64,000 bases of DNA from Octopus sinensis (taxonomy: Eukaryota): assembly GCF_006345805.1 (NCBI RefSeq), contig NC_042998.1:44268001-44332000 (forward strand), given 5' to 3'. The notes beneath the pieces are model-generated. The model was not told the origin of the DNA. It saw nothing but the letters and a program-made list of their open reading frames with translations, and did not search any database. The translations under genes were made by a program, and so were the position numbers. Positions 51,201-64,000 of the stretch are shown here, in pieces (the stretch's first letter is position 1; the number at the start of each line of letters is the position of its first letter).

Positions 51201-53058
51201 ACATGCACAACTATAGATATATAGATATAAATATGGATATATATGTGTGTGTGTGTGCAACATCTATGTTATTGAACTTTCAAAGACTCATGTGTGTATT
51301 ATGACCCTGGCTTATTATTTGTATTATAGAACTACATAGCGTAACACTTAATTTTATTCAGTCACTTACTTAGCTATGTACTAGCGGAAATTACAGGTAA
51401 GTTGTTTATGAAACTCTAAGCAAGAAGTGATTATTTAGGAACGATAATATTTCTAACTTAAGTAAGGCAAACAAACCTTGAAATTCAGTTAAAGAATTTA
51501 TCCTTCGCTTGGGAACAGAATTTGGTGTCTAATCCGAGGTACTGCATAATGTGTTAGAAGCGTCTTTCATGTACTGAAATGTATGTATGTATGTATGTAT
51601 GTATGTATGTATGTATGTATGTATGTATGTATGTATGTATGTATTTATGTATGTATACATGTATGTATTTACATATGCATGTATGTATATACGTACGTAT
51701 ATACATACATGCATGCATATGTTTATGTATACGTGTATGTATGTATGCATGCATATTTGTATGTATCTATGTATGTGTATGTCATTATTCAGTTTTATTT
51801 CAAAATTTCTTGCCAATAGGGAAAGAGCCAATTTCTAACATCCAAAGGCTCCTTCATTGGAATTTCAACATCAGCAATAGGGCATTTTTGTTTGTAGGTA
51901 TGTATGTATAAATTTATGTATGTCTTTTCATGCACATAATTGCATATCTAGACATGCGCATACATACTTAAATGATAAACGTCTATGTATACATGTATGT
52001 ATGTACGTATGTATGCATGTATGCTTATATGTGTGTGTGTGTGTCTTTCGAGGATCAAAGTTTAGTATTTCGACTTAACAAACGCAATACCTGATGCCGA
52101 GCTTATATATAAAATTAAATGTCTTACTTCAAGCAGCTTTTACTCACCCATTGGACATTTAAGTCTTAGAAAGTTCTTGCCAATATTATTACATCGAGAA
52201 CGTTCAAAATTAAAGGATGCGAAAACCCGTATTATTTGCACCAAAAATAACACTTCCTTAATCTCTTTAGCGATTTGGTTGTGTCCTTTCATTTAATCAG
52301 ATGAGAAATTCATAGAATTTATGTTTTCCTTCATTGATTTGGCTTCTTTCTATTTCATAGCCCTCAAACGCATGAAATTTATATGTTCGTATCGTCACTT
52401 TCAACGTTAAACCAATAATGAAAAATCTGATACCTTAAGACTAATCTTCGATTGTGATCTGTATTACACAACCTTAGATATGATGAGATTTTTATAAGTT
52501 TTTCCTTATCTGATTAGTAATCGAGGTGCAGTCTTATAGTTTGCAGAGCATATATTTCAAATTATCAATGAAAATGTCATTCTTATTATCCTCGGTTGCC
52601 ACTTGTTTACATAACTCCAACGAAACTATAATTCAAATATCAAATACACACACCAAAATAAATTTTTCTACACATACTTATATGTAAATGTACGTGTGTA
52701 TGTGTGAAGTCTCGTGTGGTTGTCTGTTTTTAGTACTTGTGCGCGGATGCAAGTGTCTGTTCTGTGTGCGTGCGTGTGTGTGTCTGTGTTTGTGTCTCTG
52801 TATGTGCTACGGCAACCACAACAGTCAATTAGCTTTATATAAGAATTTTTTGAAATTCATATAAACGTTAGATTTTCTTTGGAACAATAAATTTTCTAAA
52901 TCCAGTGATATTTACAAAGACTTTTGTACTTATCCCTCTGGAAAAGTCCCTGGTTTACCCGTCAATTTGTATATCTAGAACAAAAATATCCGAGTTAAAA
53001 GTATATTAACTGCAGTATTAACACGCACACACAAGCAATCATGCACACGTATATATAT

Positions 53059-53122
<64 letters not shown>

Positions 53123-53279
53123 CACCCTATATCTGTAATGACTGTTTTACTCCCCTACGACAAAACTACGAATCTTTTTTCGGCAGTGCTATTTTGTAAC
53201 TCACGTGGTAAAATTCTGGAGGGAAATACGAATTCACTTGTCCATATAAATGTGGATATGCTGATTGGCTTATATATAT

Positions 53280-53692
<413 letters not shown>

Positions 53693-54650
53693 TCCTATAT
53701 ATATCTATGTACCATTTATCTATCCAACTATCTATCTAGCTTATATATATATATATATACAGATTAATGCGTGTATGTGTTTTATGTTATAAGAAAAACA
53801 ATTTGACAATAAACTGAAGAATAACTCAATTCCTTTGATAGAGCTGAACTTTATTATTCTGTTACAAAAAAGTGTACTGAAAGTGACTTCGACCAGGCGC
53901 CCCATCATTAGAAAGTTCGATGATGGCTTTAACTAGTTGAGACTTCCAAGTCAATGTCAATACTATTCCTGTTACAGAATATTGTAATTTGCAAGAGGAA
54001 GTATTTCGATAAAATTAGAGCGAAACGCCGTCGCTATTTCGAGAGAACGCATAAATTCACTATTTTACTGAGGAGTGGTTCCTGTTAGTAGCGTTCGTTA
54101 TTGTCATTTCTTTGTTGTCAAGTGTCAATGGAATCTTATCAGTATCGTTGGATTTAAAATTTGCAACTTTGTACACCAGGAAATAATTTACAAATCAGGA
54201 GATAGTTTGGAATTTGTTACTGGATTTAGTATATTACTTGCGTAAACTTTGTGTCAATTTTTGTGTATGTTATGTTACTTTACTAGTTTTCATGAGCGCC
54301 GTTATAGTTTCTTTAATTTTAATTCTATTCACAATTTTCCTGTTACCAACCTACGAATTTTTTCCTCCACTCGTTAGCGTTTGTTGTTTTTGTCTATTAA
54401 TTTCCGTAATGGGTTCTAACAGTTATTTGTAGATACTAAGTGGAGAGACAAATGTATGAGGTAATTGTTTGTCTGATGTGTGAATTACTTGTGTCAAAAA
54501 TATTATGATAAATTTATATTATCAAATTTTCAATTAACATTGTCGTCTGTGAAAAAGAAAAATGTAATTATGTAATGATTAAACGTCCCTTGGACTTGCC
54601 GTTTCTAATGATTTGCTCTCTCTCTCTCTGTATATATGTACACACACACA

Positions 54651-54717
<67 letters not shown>

Positions 54718-54726
54718 ATATATATT

Positions 54727-55105
54727 TGTGGCACTCTGTCACTTACGACGACGGTGGTTCCAATTGATCCGATCAACGGGACAGCCTCCGCATGAAATTA
54801 ACGTGCAGGTGGCTGAGAATTCCACAGACACGTGTACCATTAACGTAGTTCTCGGGGAAATTCAGCGTGACACAGAGTGTGACAAGGCTGGCCCTTTGAA
54901 ATACACGTATAAGAGAAACAGGAAAAAAGAGTAAGAGAAAGTTGTGGTGAAAGAGTACAGCAGGATTCGCCACCTACCCATACCGGAGGCTTGTGGCGCT
55001 TTCGGTGTTTTCGCTCAATGAATACTGACAACGCCCGGTCTGAGAATCGAAATCGCGATCCTACGACCGCGAGTTCGATACCCTAACCACTGGCCATTGA
55101 GACTC
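54727..55105 (-). mobile_element. tRNA-derived SINE family IV, tail variant 2
   Basis: Minus head caatggccagtggttagggtatcgaactcgcggtcgtaggatcgcgatttcgattctcagaccgggcgttg; the tail matches 17250-17412. Confidence 0.8.
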
Positions 55106-55123
55106 CACACACACACACACACA

Positions 55124-55183
<60 letters not shown>

Positions 55184-56671
55184 TATATATGTGTATATAT
55201 ATATATATATACACACATAAATAAATGTGTATATATGTATGTGTGTATACATTAATTGTATGAATGCATGTATGCATATATGCATACTGGTATGTATGTA
55301 TGTATGTATGTATGTATGGGTGTGTATGTTCCTCTCTCTTTGTGCTTTTGTGTGCGTGTCCTGAATATATCTTTCAACTGCATCCGCTAGTGGGGCTCAG
55401 GTTAGATTATTCAATTTGACTATATATATTACATACATGCATGCCTGCATGCATACATACATAAATACATGCATACATACATACATGTATATATACCATC
55501 TTTTGTACTATATGCACAAGGTCAAAAATTCTTCGCTGTAAGAATGAATCCATTCTACTGTCTGTTTCCGTTAAATGCGAAATTTGAGGCCGCCATCAAC
55601 ATGCAGTCACTGAAAATTCTTACTCCACTAAGTGTATAAAGTCCCTCCATATATCTGTCTTGTTGTTAACTACAAATTTAACAACAATATCAAATATGCT
55701 TCAAATACACACACACAGACACACACACATACACACACTCACATACGATATAGATTTCACTTTTATAATGTACTGGCCTTGAATGAGTGCCTCTCTGTTC
55801 ATGAACTTTACAATACAAGCTTATATTATGGTGTCAATCACAGATTTTTATGAGACTTCCATGAAATGATATAGTTGTTTGCATTCGATAGCCTGGATAT
55901 AAATGCTTTCACAAAATCTCAGAATTCCAATAAATTGAAATACACGATGGTAGCAGTTATGGCTCATCTTGTTTAGGAAGTGTGAATACTGTCTAAATTC
56001 GATTTTATTCCTAATCCGTGATAACTATAAATAATGTTTCATTGTTTTGCGTGTTCTTGCCATTTCTATCAGTTATATGTGCTTTGTCATTTATACAATT
56101 TACAGCATTTATGCTCTTAACAATTTGAAGCACGCGCCATGCGATGTGGTCTATTATTCATGATTACCTCCTGACATGATTATCTATACTTAATGTACAT
56201 CACGACTAGATTTGAAATGTCGAGAATTTGTATTGAAGGCCAAACTCTCAATGCCTTACAAAAGATTGATTCCATTTTCAAAGCCAACAAATTCTGTGAT
56301 TCAAGCGTTTGTATATATTTGATGTTAAGTCAAATATCTTGTAGAAAAATGTTTAAAAGAAAGAATATTTAAAAATCCAAATAAAAGTATAAATTAATGC
56401 AGAGATTTCGGTGTTCTAGTATCTCATAGAATAAATAATATTCAGTAAGTGACACGATATAATCAATTACCAAATCTATTCAAGGCTACTATAAATATCG
56501 TTATCCCAGCATTAACATACAAGCTACGCATGCACACAAACGCACACATACACACAACATACCATAAACAAATATGTTCACACACAAACATGTATTTATA
56601 TATGCGTTATTTATAGATACACATTCATATATATATAATATAGAGAGAGACACACACACAGATATATATAC

Positions 56672-56848
56672 ATTTTTTTCCTCTGTCTTCCCTTCTCTGG
56701 ATCTTTCCTTCTCCTATGTTTCCGACGAAGAGCTCCACTCGAAACGTTAAACCCTCCTTTTTTCCTTCTTTCCTGAGTGTCCAATAATACTATATTTGTT
56801 CCACGTCCTCGTGCTGTGTGTTTTTTGTGCTTTCTTGTTTGGATTAAC
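56672..56848 (+). mobile_element. Penelope-type pseudo-LTR remnant, family A, with hammerhead motif at 56718-56752
   Basis: gttt CCGACGA A GAG ctcca CTC GAAAC GT T aaac; ends gtttggattaac next to (TA)n. Confidence 0.7.
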
Positions 56849-56942
<94 letters not shown>

Positions 56943-57644
56943 GATCTATATGTATGTGCATGCAACAAGACCTCCGTAGACCACAAACTCCTGAAAAAAG
57001 TAGAAACCATACCAGATTCACAATCCCTACGAAGGACAATCATGCAACATTAATTGGGTGAAATAATATATATAGCAAACACTATGTGCGCATATGTATA
57101 TTGCATTAAAAATGAACTTCAGTCTGGCTTGCATTGTTACACAGCCAAACTGGCGCATAATGGAGAAATACTATGAATTAATGCTCTTATGAAATGTGAA
57201 TATAAACGGAATAAAACAAGTTACGCGTAAATGCGGCAACTGGTTCTTGAGATATCCGGGGTTTTGGTGGTATAAATACCCAAAACTGTACATAAGGGGA
57301 AAATACTCCCAAAATAACATAACTCTGAAATGGAATAAACTCTAACTTTTCGAAAATATAACCAACGAAAATATACGAGTTGGTTTTACAGTAAATGATT
57401 CTATTTCGCTTTTGTTAAATACAATATTTTGACCATTTAGAAATATTCTAACTGAATGTGATTTCAAAAAGTTGGTTGTACTTTATATTTAGTCTTTATA
57501 TTTTAGCTTTATTTAAACAGACAATATTTAACTTTTTATTATTATTTTCAAGTTAATACCATTTCAAAAGTTTGGGAGGGGGGCATATTTAAAAAATATT
57601 TCTAAGTGAAAATGACTTTAAAAATACGGTAAATATTTTGTAAC

Positions 57645-58332
57645 AGACCCGATTCTAACCTCGGTGTGAACTAAGTTTTTCGAGTGCATTCAACGTATCA
57701 CACCTCCAAGGATTTGGATGCTATTTCTACCAGCCCCTACAACCACGTAACAGCTATTTGCGATAAAGGACCCGAAATAGCTATTCCATGGTAGCAGGGT
57801 GCGCAAGGAATAGCAGCCAAATATTTCCTTTTCTGGGGAAAGGAGCTGGTTACGCGTGATTTCGATGTCACATTCGTTGTATGCATGCGAAATAACCTGG
57901 AAAAAAATCAACCCACGAAACAAAACTCCGCTGTTAGGAAACTAGAGTTTCCCGGAGAAATCCAAGATCCCGACCACACTCCCACTTTCTTTTCCGGAAG
58001 GAAGTGGGTTGGAGGTGAGATACGTTGAATGCACTCGAAAAAACCCGTGAAAAAAATTCACACCGAAGTACGAACGGGTTCTTTAAGAAATATTTACCCA
58101 AGATCAGGACAGGCCTGCGAACAGAAGGATCCATGAGACAGGTAAAGTAAGGGCTGATTGTCTGGTGGAGCAGAGGGTAAGAGACAAAAGCAGGAGACGT
58201 CATAAATCGGATGCTCATGTGAATACAAACACAGTATAAAACAAGTTTCGCGCAGATCGGACCACGGGTTACCGAGATACGCGGTTTTTTCGGGTACCTC
58301 GAATTATCGGTGACTCAACGGGTCACGGCTAG
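57645..58332 (+). mobile_element. Non-autonomous DNA element with long internal inverted repeats and a Helitron-like 3' end
   Basis: 57676-57709 and 58009-58042 are inverted (33/34 match), with weaker outer arms. The end reads GTGACTC-aac-GGGTCAC gg CTAG|T (hairpin + CTAG + T). The 5' boundary is uncertain. Confidence 0.55.
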
Positions 58333-58337
58333 TCTAT

Positions 58338-58413
<76 letters not shown>

Positions 58414-59182
58414 CTCATACACTTAAACACTATTGTATACAGACATAGACGTATATTTGCGCATATATTTATCTATCTAAGCTTGTTCAAATGTGCTGAA
58501 GAGATATTCGAACCCGTAAGAAAACCATTCACTGAATATTGCCCTGGACAAAATTTCTCCATGACAAAGTATGTTTTGTCGGTTCGTGCGTGTGAATGAA
58601 TGTGTTGTGTGTACGAATCTGTAAAGCTAGAGATTCAATAATTATAATAAAAAAACATTAACGCATGTGAAAGGTGGTGTTGAGATACAATTAATTTTAT
58701 TTATTTTTTCAAATTAGTAATTGCTTCATTTTATTAGTTTATGACTGCTTTGACTTTAATGAGATATTCTCAATATCAGGCGTAGGAAAATATCATCAAC
58801 TTAGATTAATATAATAATCTCAAATATTATCAGAAGCAGTATCCTTCCAACGACAAAATATATTTGGAAATACGTGCGCACACTTTGTTATTTATACAAA
58901 TACTATCGTTGAACACAAGTTGTAAATTGTATAGATACACATGTTGAGGCAAATAAAGTTGGGAAATAAAGATTTGAATATTAAAGTCAATAAAAAATAG
59001 AAAATATTTGTATATGTGTATGTATATGTATGTTTTTGTCTCATTTTTGATTAAATATATGTGTTATTAGCAATCAGTTCGTTATTAGCAATTATATGAT
59101 CTAATGGTGAACTGAACATGGAAAATCGATTTAGATCAAGTTATTAATGTTTAAAAGGTAAAATCATTGGAAATATAAATAT

Positions 59183-59597
59183 AAGCACACACATAGCTGT
59201 GCGGTTAAAAAACTTGCTTGCTAACCATGTGGTCTTGCGTTCAGTCCATAGCAATTGTCACTTAATATAGTCCCGGGTCGACCAAGGACTTGAGTGGATT
59301 TGGCAGAGGAAAACTGAATTAATCTCGTCGTGTGTGTGTGTGTGTGTGGGTGTGTGTGTGTGTATATGTGTGTGTACGTGTGTGTGTGTGTGTGTGTTTA
59401 TGAGCGTGTGTGTGTGTTTGTCTCCTACCATCGCTTTTGGTGTGTTTATGTCCCCCGGCAAAAGAAACCAACAGAATAAATACAAAGCTTTAAAAATAAG
59501 TCCTGGAGTCGATTCATTCGACTAAACATTTTTCAAGGTGGTGTGCCCCAGCATGGCCGCAGTCTAATGACTGAAACAAGTAAAAGGTAAAAGATAA
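59183..59597 (+). mobile_element. SINE family II, older copy with internal (TG)n
   Basis: gctaaccatgtggtcttgcgttcagtcc...ccagcatggccgcagtctaatgactgaaacaagtaaaag. Confidence 0.75.
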
Positions 59598-59959
59598 AAT
59601 ATCTCTATAACCTAGTGGCTAGGCAAAATATACAGCTAGATTAAGTACTGGAGTCGGTTTTTCGACTGAACCATTCAAAGAGGCGCCCCGGCATGGCGGC
59701 AATGAAATGAGTGACACGATTAAAAAGAAAAAATATGATTAAAAAATTAAGAATTTATAACTATATACAGAGAAGTTGATGGTTAAAAATAATGGTTTCA
59801 AACTTTAACACAGAGCCATTAATTTCTTAATGCAAGAAGTCAGCCGATTACATCGACCCCGGTGCTCATCAGCTACTTATGTTATTGACCCTGAAATGAG
59901 CAAAGGCATTGTGGACTTCGGTAGTAGTCTTGTCGTTACGTAACCGGGAACTAATATTG

Positions 59960-60140
59960 ATTTCTCCAGCTTTCTTCCTTGTGTTACAGAATAAGCACAG
60001 TCGCTTCGTTGGCCATGTACAAAGACTAGAGATCAGTGATCCGATCTTCTGGTCAGAAGTTGTGTCTGGGGTGGGAATTCATCGCGAGCTTTCAGTACGA
60101 TACCGTGATATCACTCTACTGTGTAGAATTGTGTAGAAGT
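59960..60140 (+). mobile_element. Decayed LINE fragment (RT thumb region, RTE-like)
   Basis: LQNKHSRFVGHVQRLE...VSGVG...SVRYRD resembles the RLRWxGHVxRM...G.R...RYKD motif. Confidence 0.35.
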
Positions 60141-60199
60141 GGATCGGAAAGTTTAAGAATTGCCGGAGAAGATAGGGGTACGAAGAAGGAGCAAGATGG

Positions 60200-61107
60200 C
60201 CTTTAACCTCCAGCACTGACGTGAAGATTCACGCCCAGCACTGACGTGATGGTTCTAGTGAACCGACGAGTGATCATCGATTAAGTGGCATGTTCTCTGC
60301 GAATTAATTAGTTTTGTGCATCCACGACAAGCTTCGATTATGTAAAGCGTACGATATGTGATGGGTGCTAATAAAGTTTACGGAAGCACATAAACGCAGT
60401 CTTGTCGAAATCTGTCAATGCTTACTCTACCGCCCCAACGATGAATGTGAAGCTTTTTGAAGACAATAATCACAGATTAGTTGGCTCTATCATTTTCAGC
60501 TAGAATCCAAAGGTAGAATGCAGAATGGAATCAGCAACCAAAAATAAGTACAAGACTTAAGCCTTTCGCAGAAAAATATGATGCTGACCAAAATTTGGGA
60601 CGCGAACATGCCTGTAGTGGTTCAATACCTGGAAAATGGTGTCTACAGTCACTAGCGTAGGCTATAGAGAAATGCTAGTCAACAAACTTGAACCAGTAAT
60701 TCGCACAAAACGCCAGAGTCTATTACCAAGCAAATGTTATTGCTGGACCACAGCGCACGCACACATACGACTACTCACACCGTTGGAACCATTGAAAAAA
60801 TGTAATCCGAGTTGCTAGAACACTCCAAATATCTTTCCTTCCGACAACAGCCTCATTGACCTGGTCAAGTATCCTTTACGAATTCGTTGATTTACTACAA
60901 AGGAAAAAGTGCAGAAAGCAGTACATAAATGGGTGTAACCCACCAACAACCTTCTTCCATTGAATAAGCAAGCTTGTGGACTGCTGGAAGAAGTGTATCG
61001 AAAAGTAAAGAGATTATGTTGAACGATGATGTACTTGTTCAACTCTTGCTTTTGCTTTAATAATTTACAAATACAAGAGGGCGTATAATTTTTGATTTAC
61101 CCTAGTA
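60200..61107 (+). mobile_element. Decayed mariner element (transposase remnant and right TIR)
   Basis: IHDKL...FTEAHKRSLVEICQCLL, WLYHFQLESK, KNMMLTKIWDA, TVTSVGYREMLVNKLEPVIRTKR and KCIEK. Right TIR tttttgatttaccctag|TA. The left end is missing. Confidence 0.8.
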
Positions 61108-61109
61108 TA

Positions 61110-61316
61110 AACTAGAGGGGCCGGAATAGTTCCTCGTCAAAGGCCTGGTTGGAGGCTTAGCCTTCCGAGTTCTTTTACAAGGCTTAGCAAACGCTGACGG
61201 ACCGCTGCAGTAAGTGTGCGAATCGAAGAGGGGAATGTGTTGGATAAAACCATAATTAACTGATCCTCCTGTATTTCTTTTACTCAATATTAGGAACTTT
61301 TCAGCACCCCATTGTA
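61110..61316 (+). mobile_element. 3' end of a second mariner element
   Basis: KAWL...EFFY...DRCSKCANRRGECVG* followed by TIR aggaacttttcagcaccccattg|TA. Confidence 0.7.
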
Positions 61317-61484
61317 TGTATGTGTGCGTGTATGTATACATATATAAGTACGTATGTATATATGTATATACATACATACATACATACAAGCATACATACA
61401 TACATACATACATACATACATACATACATACATACATACATACATACATACGCATGTATATGTGTTTCGTTGTGTTTGTACTGG

Positions 61485-62050
61485 TTAGAACGTTGCACCC
61501 ACGATCGTAAGATTGTCGTTTCGATTCTCACATCAGGCGACGCGTCTGTTCTGGACCAAAACACTTGTTTTTGCGCTTCTCTTTGATCACTTGGCCGTCT
61601 GAATTTTGGTACTACGTGCATCTGTATACGTGATGCTGATTTGATAGAGCTTACTAAGGTAATACACAGCAGAGACATTTTGATCATTATAAAACAAATC
61701 GCTGCAGCTTGAATTTACTGAACCTTTGTCTATCATTTTCGACAGATGAGGTTTACGCCAAGAAATGAATAAGTCCCTAGCCGTCACTCACTAGCTTGCA
61801 TGTAGTGGCTAACACCATACTTTTTGGGTGCTTATAAAGCTCGAGCAGGCATAGGCAACATTCATCCGACAAAACATTGATTGAATGCATGTGTCCCCGA
61901 GGATAGAGTGTTGGCTTAACGATCATAAGTTTGTGAGATCGATTCCCTAATAGGGTAGTGTATTTTGGCCTTGAGCGACGCACTCCACTTAACGATGGTC
62001 TGTGTGCTCAGACGAAAATGATTTCTAAGTGACTGACGGTGCTGCCCTTT
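61485..62050 (+). mobile_element. Two decayed tRNA-derived SINE heads/bodies (about 61485-61790 and 61900-62050)
   Basis: cacgatcgtaagattgtcgtttcgattctc and aacgatcataagtttgtgagatcgattccc resemble the family III head. Confidence 0.45.
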
Positions 62051-62229
62051 ATATTTTTTTCTCCAACTATATTTCTGTGTGTGGGTGTTGTGTGTGTGCT
62101 ATGTGTGTGCATGTGTGTGTGTCTAGACGTGTAGGTGGGAGCACAGAAAGAAAGAGCGGCACACACATATAAACACACATACAGACACACACGTATATGT
62201 GCATACACACACACACCACACACACACAC

Positions 62230-62282
<53 letters not shown>

Positions 62283-62769
62283 CTATGTATGCATACATAT
62301 AGATAAAAAGTTAGAGAGGAGGACAGAGAGAGATCATAAATGAATAGCTAGATTTCATCTAAATTTGTCCTATATGAATATATTTAGATTAATATTTAAA
62401 TGCATTCTTGTTTTCTCAACAATGCTTTTTTACGTGTTTTCTTTTTCCTCTATATTGTTAGTGTTAACGAATCTAACGTTTTTAAAAATTACAATTCTAT
62501 TGAGATTTCCTATATTTGATTTTATATAAGCTGGTTAAATCAATTACGTTTTTGTTTTTTTTTTTTTTCTATATTTTAATTCATCCTTGATACCTGGAGA
62601 TGTAAGGCTTCTAGCGTTCAGATTGACACAGATGTATTGCTGTGGCTTCCGAATGACAGCATTGTACTTGCAATGAAGAAAAAAATCTATTGTATGTTAT
62701 CTAATATTACTAATATTAACTAGTTCGATGTCACGGGGATATCTGAAATGAGAGATTTTTAAAGCTTTG

Positions 62770-62804
62770 CTACTGCTGCAGCAGCAGCAGCTGGAGTAGC
62801 AGTT

Positions 62805-62846
<42 letters not shown>

Positions 62847-62878
62847 ACTGCAGCGGTAGTAGTAGCAGCAGCAGTTAG
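62770..62878. repeat. (GCA)n/(GTA)n trinucleotide microsatellite
   Basis: Directly visible. Confidence 0.95.
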
Positions 62879-63159
62879 AAAAGAAGTAGTTTTTTTTTAT
62901 TGTAGCCGTGACAAGAGAAAGACTATTACTAACCCTGTATCGCATTGACTAGTAATGCGTGGAAAAGTCCCTCTCCGCCTCCTTCTCTATCTCTCTCTTT
63001 CTTCCTCTCTCTCTCTCACCTTTTATGTGTGTGCACGCACGTGTGTGTGTATGTGTGTGTTAAATATTTGTATCACTTAAAAAAAACAGAAGAGATGGAT
63101 GTGTATATACATATATGTATATATATATATATATATACACATACTCACACACAAACACT

Positions 63160-63204
<45 letters not shown>

Positions 63205-64000
63205 TGTGTGTGTGTGTGCTACCTTTCATTTGATGCGACTATATGATTGGTAATCAGTAAAACACGTATAAATATATTTCCATTTGCAGTATCAATAAAG
63301 CCTTCGTTGTTAATAAATTCTAATGTTTTGTATCAGTAAAAGCTATTAGAGTGGTTAGAGCATAATAGTCACCATAGTGTATTGTCAGTTAAACTCGGCG
63401 TAATTGAATCCTCATTGATCAGTAAATAGTCTTAGTAAAATTTGCCCTGCCGGTATTTTGTAATATATTATGATAGTCTAAAGTGGACTTTAACACGTAG
63501 CTAATGGATTATAATGAATGATAAGTATGTTCTGCCGCTTAATAGTGTCTGTTCAATAGTTTTCTTACTGCATGTGTGCGAGCGTGTGTGTATGTATGTT
63601 TGTGTGTGTGTGTGTGTGTATGTGTGTGTGTGTGTCTGTGTGTGTGTGTGTGTGTGTGTTCACTTATACGACTGGCAATTTTGGGATAGTTTTACATAAC
63701 TGTCGACATTTAAAATTTAAAATCCAAATTTTCCAAAATATGATTGTCGTTCATATGTATTTTCGACAATGTTATTCATCAATTAATGTTTTTGTAGACA
63801 TATACTATATGAGTGAACGTATATTTGCCACTTTATCTACTGAACTTTCATACACTCCTTCCCTCGCTCTTTCACTTTCTCTCTCATCCCTCTTCTCTGT
63901 CTGTTTGTTAGAAAACCAACGTTAAAATAGGTGCGATTTGAGTTTCAGCTTCGCTTGCTTCAAACTCTCTAGAGAACAAGCATAACAGGATTGGGTTACG

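Overview
AT-rich, repeat-dense eukaryotic DNA. Its SINE families, microsatellite load and retroelement content look like a coleoid cephalopod (Octopus-like) genome; this is inference, not a database match. No host protein-coding gene can be called with confidence: most of the supplied ORFs are microsatellite translations, antisense shadows or transposon fragments. Recognisable content: (1) a ~7 kb (TAA)n tract (22581-29622) holding two identical 556-bp unassigned elements, a 5'-truncated R4/Dong-type RLE LINE and a full-length one; (2) a Tx1/L1-type LINE 3' part inserted in (GATA)n, with a second 3' remnant also next to GATA; (3) a decayed Penelope-like element (RT + GIY-YIG), at least nine minimal type I hammerhead-ribozyme-like motifs and one degenerate copy, including a pair inside a direct-plus-inverted repeat element at 20496-21640; (4) RTE and mariner remnants, a Helitron-like 3' end, a ~705-bp tandem array attached to a decayed ORF1-like sequence, four tRNA-derived SINE families and several hairpins. 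The most interesting themes are microsatellite-targeted retrotransposition and the family of hammerhead motifs. Some duplications and frameshifts may be long-read or assembly artefacts.
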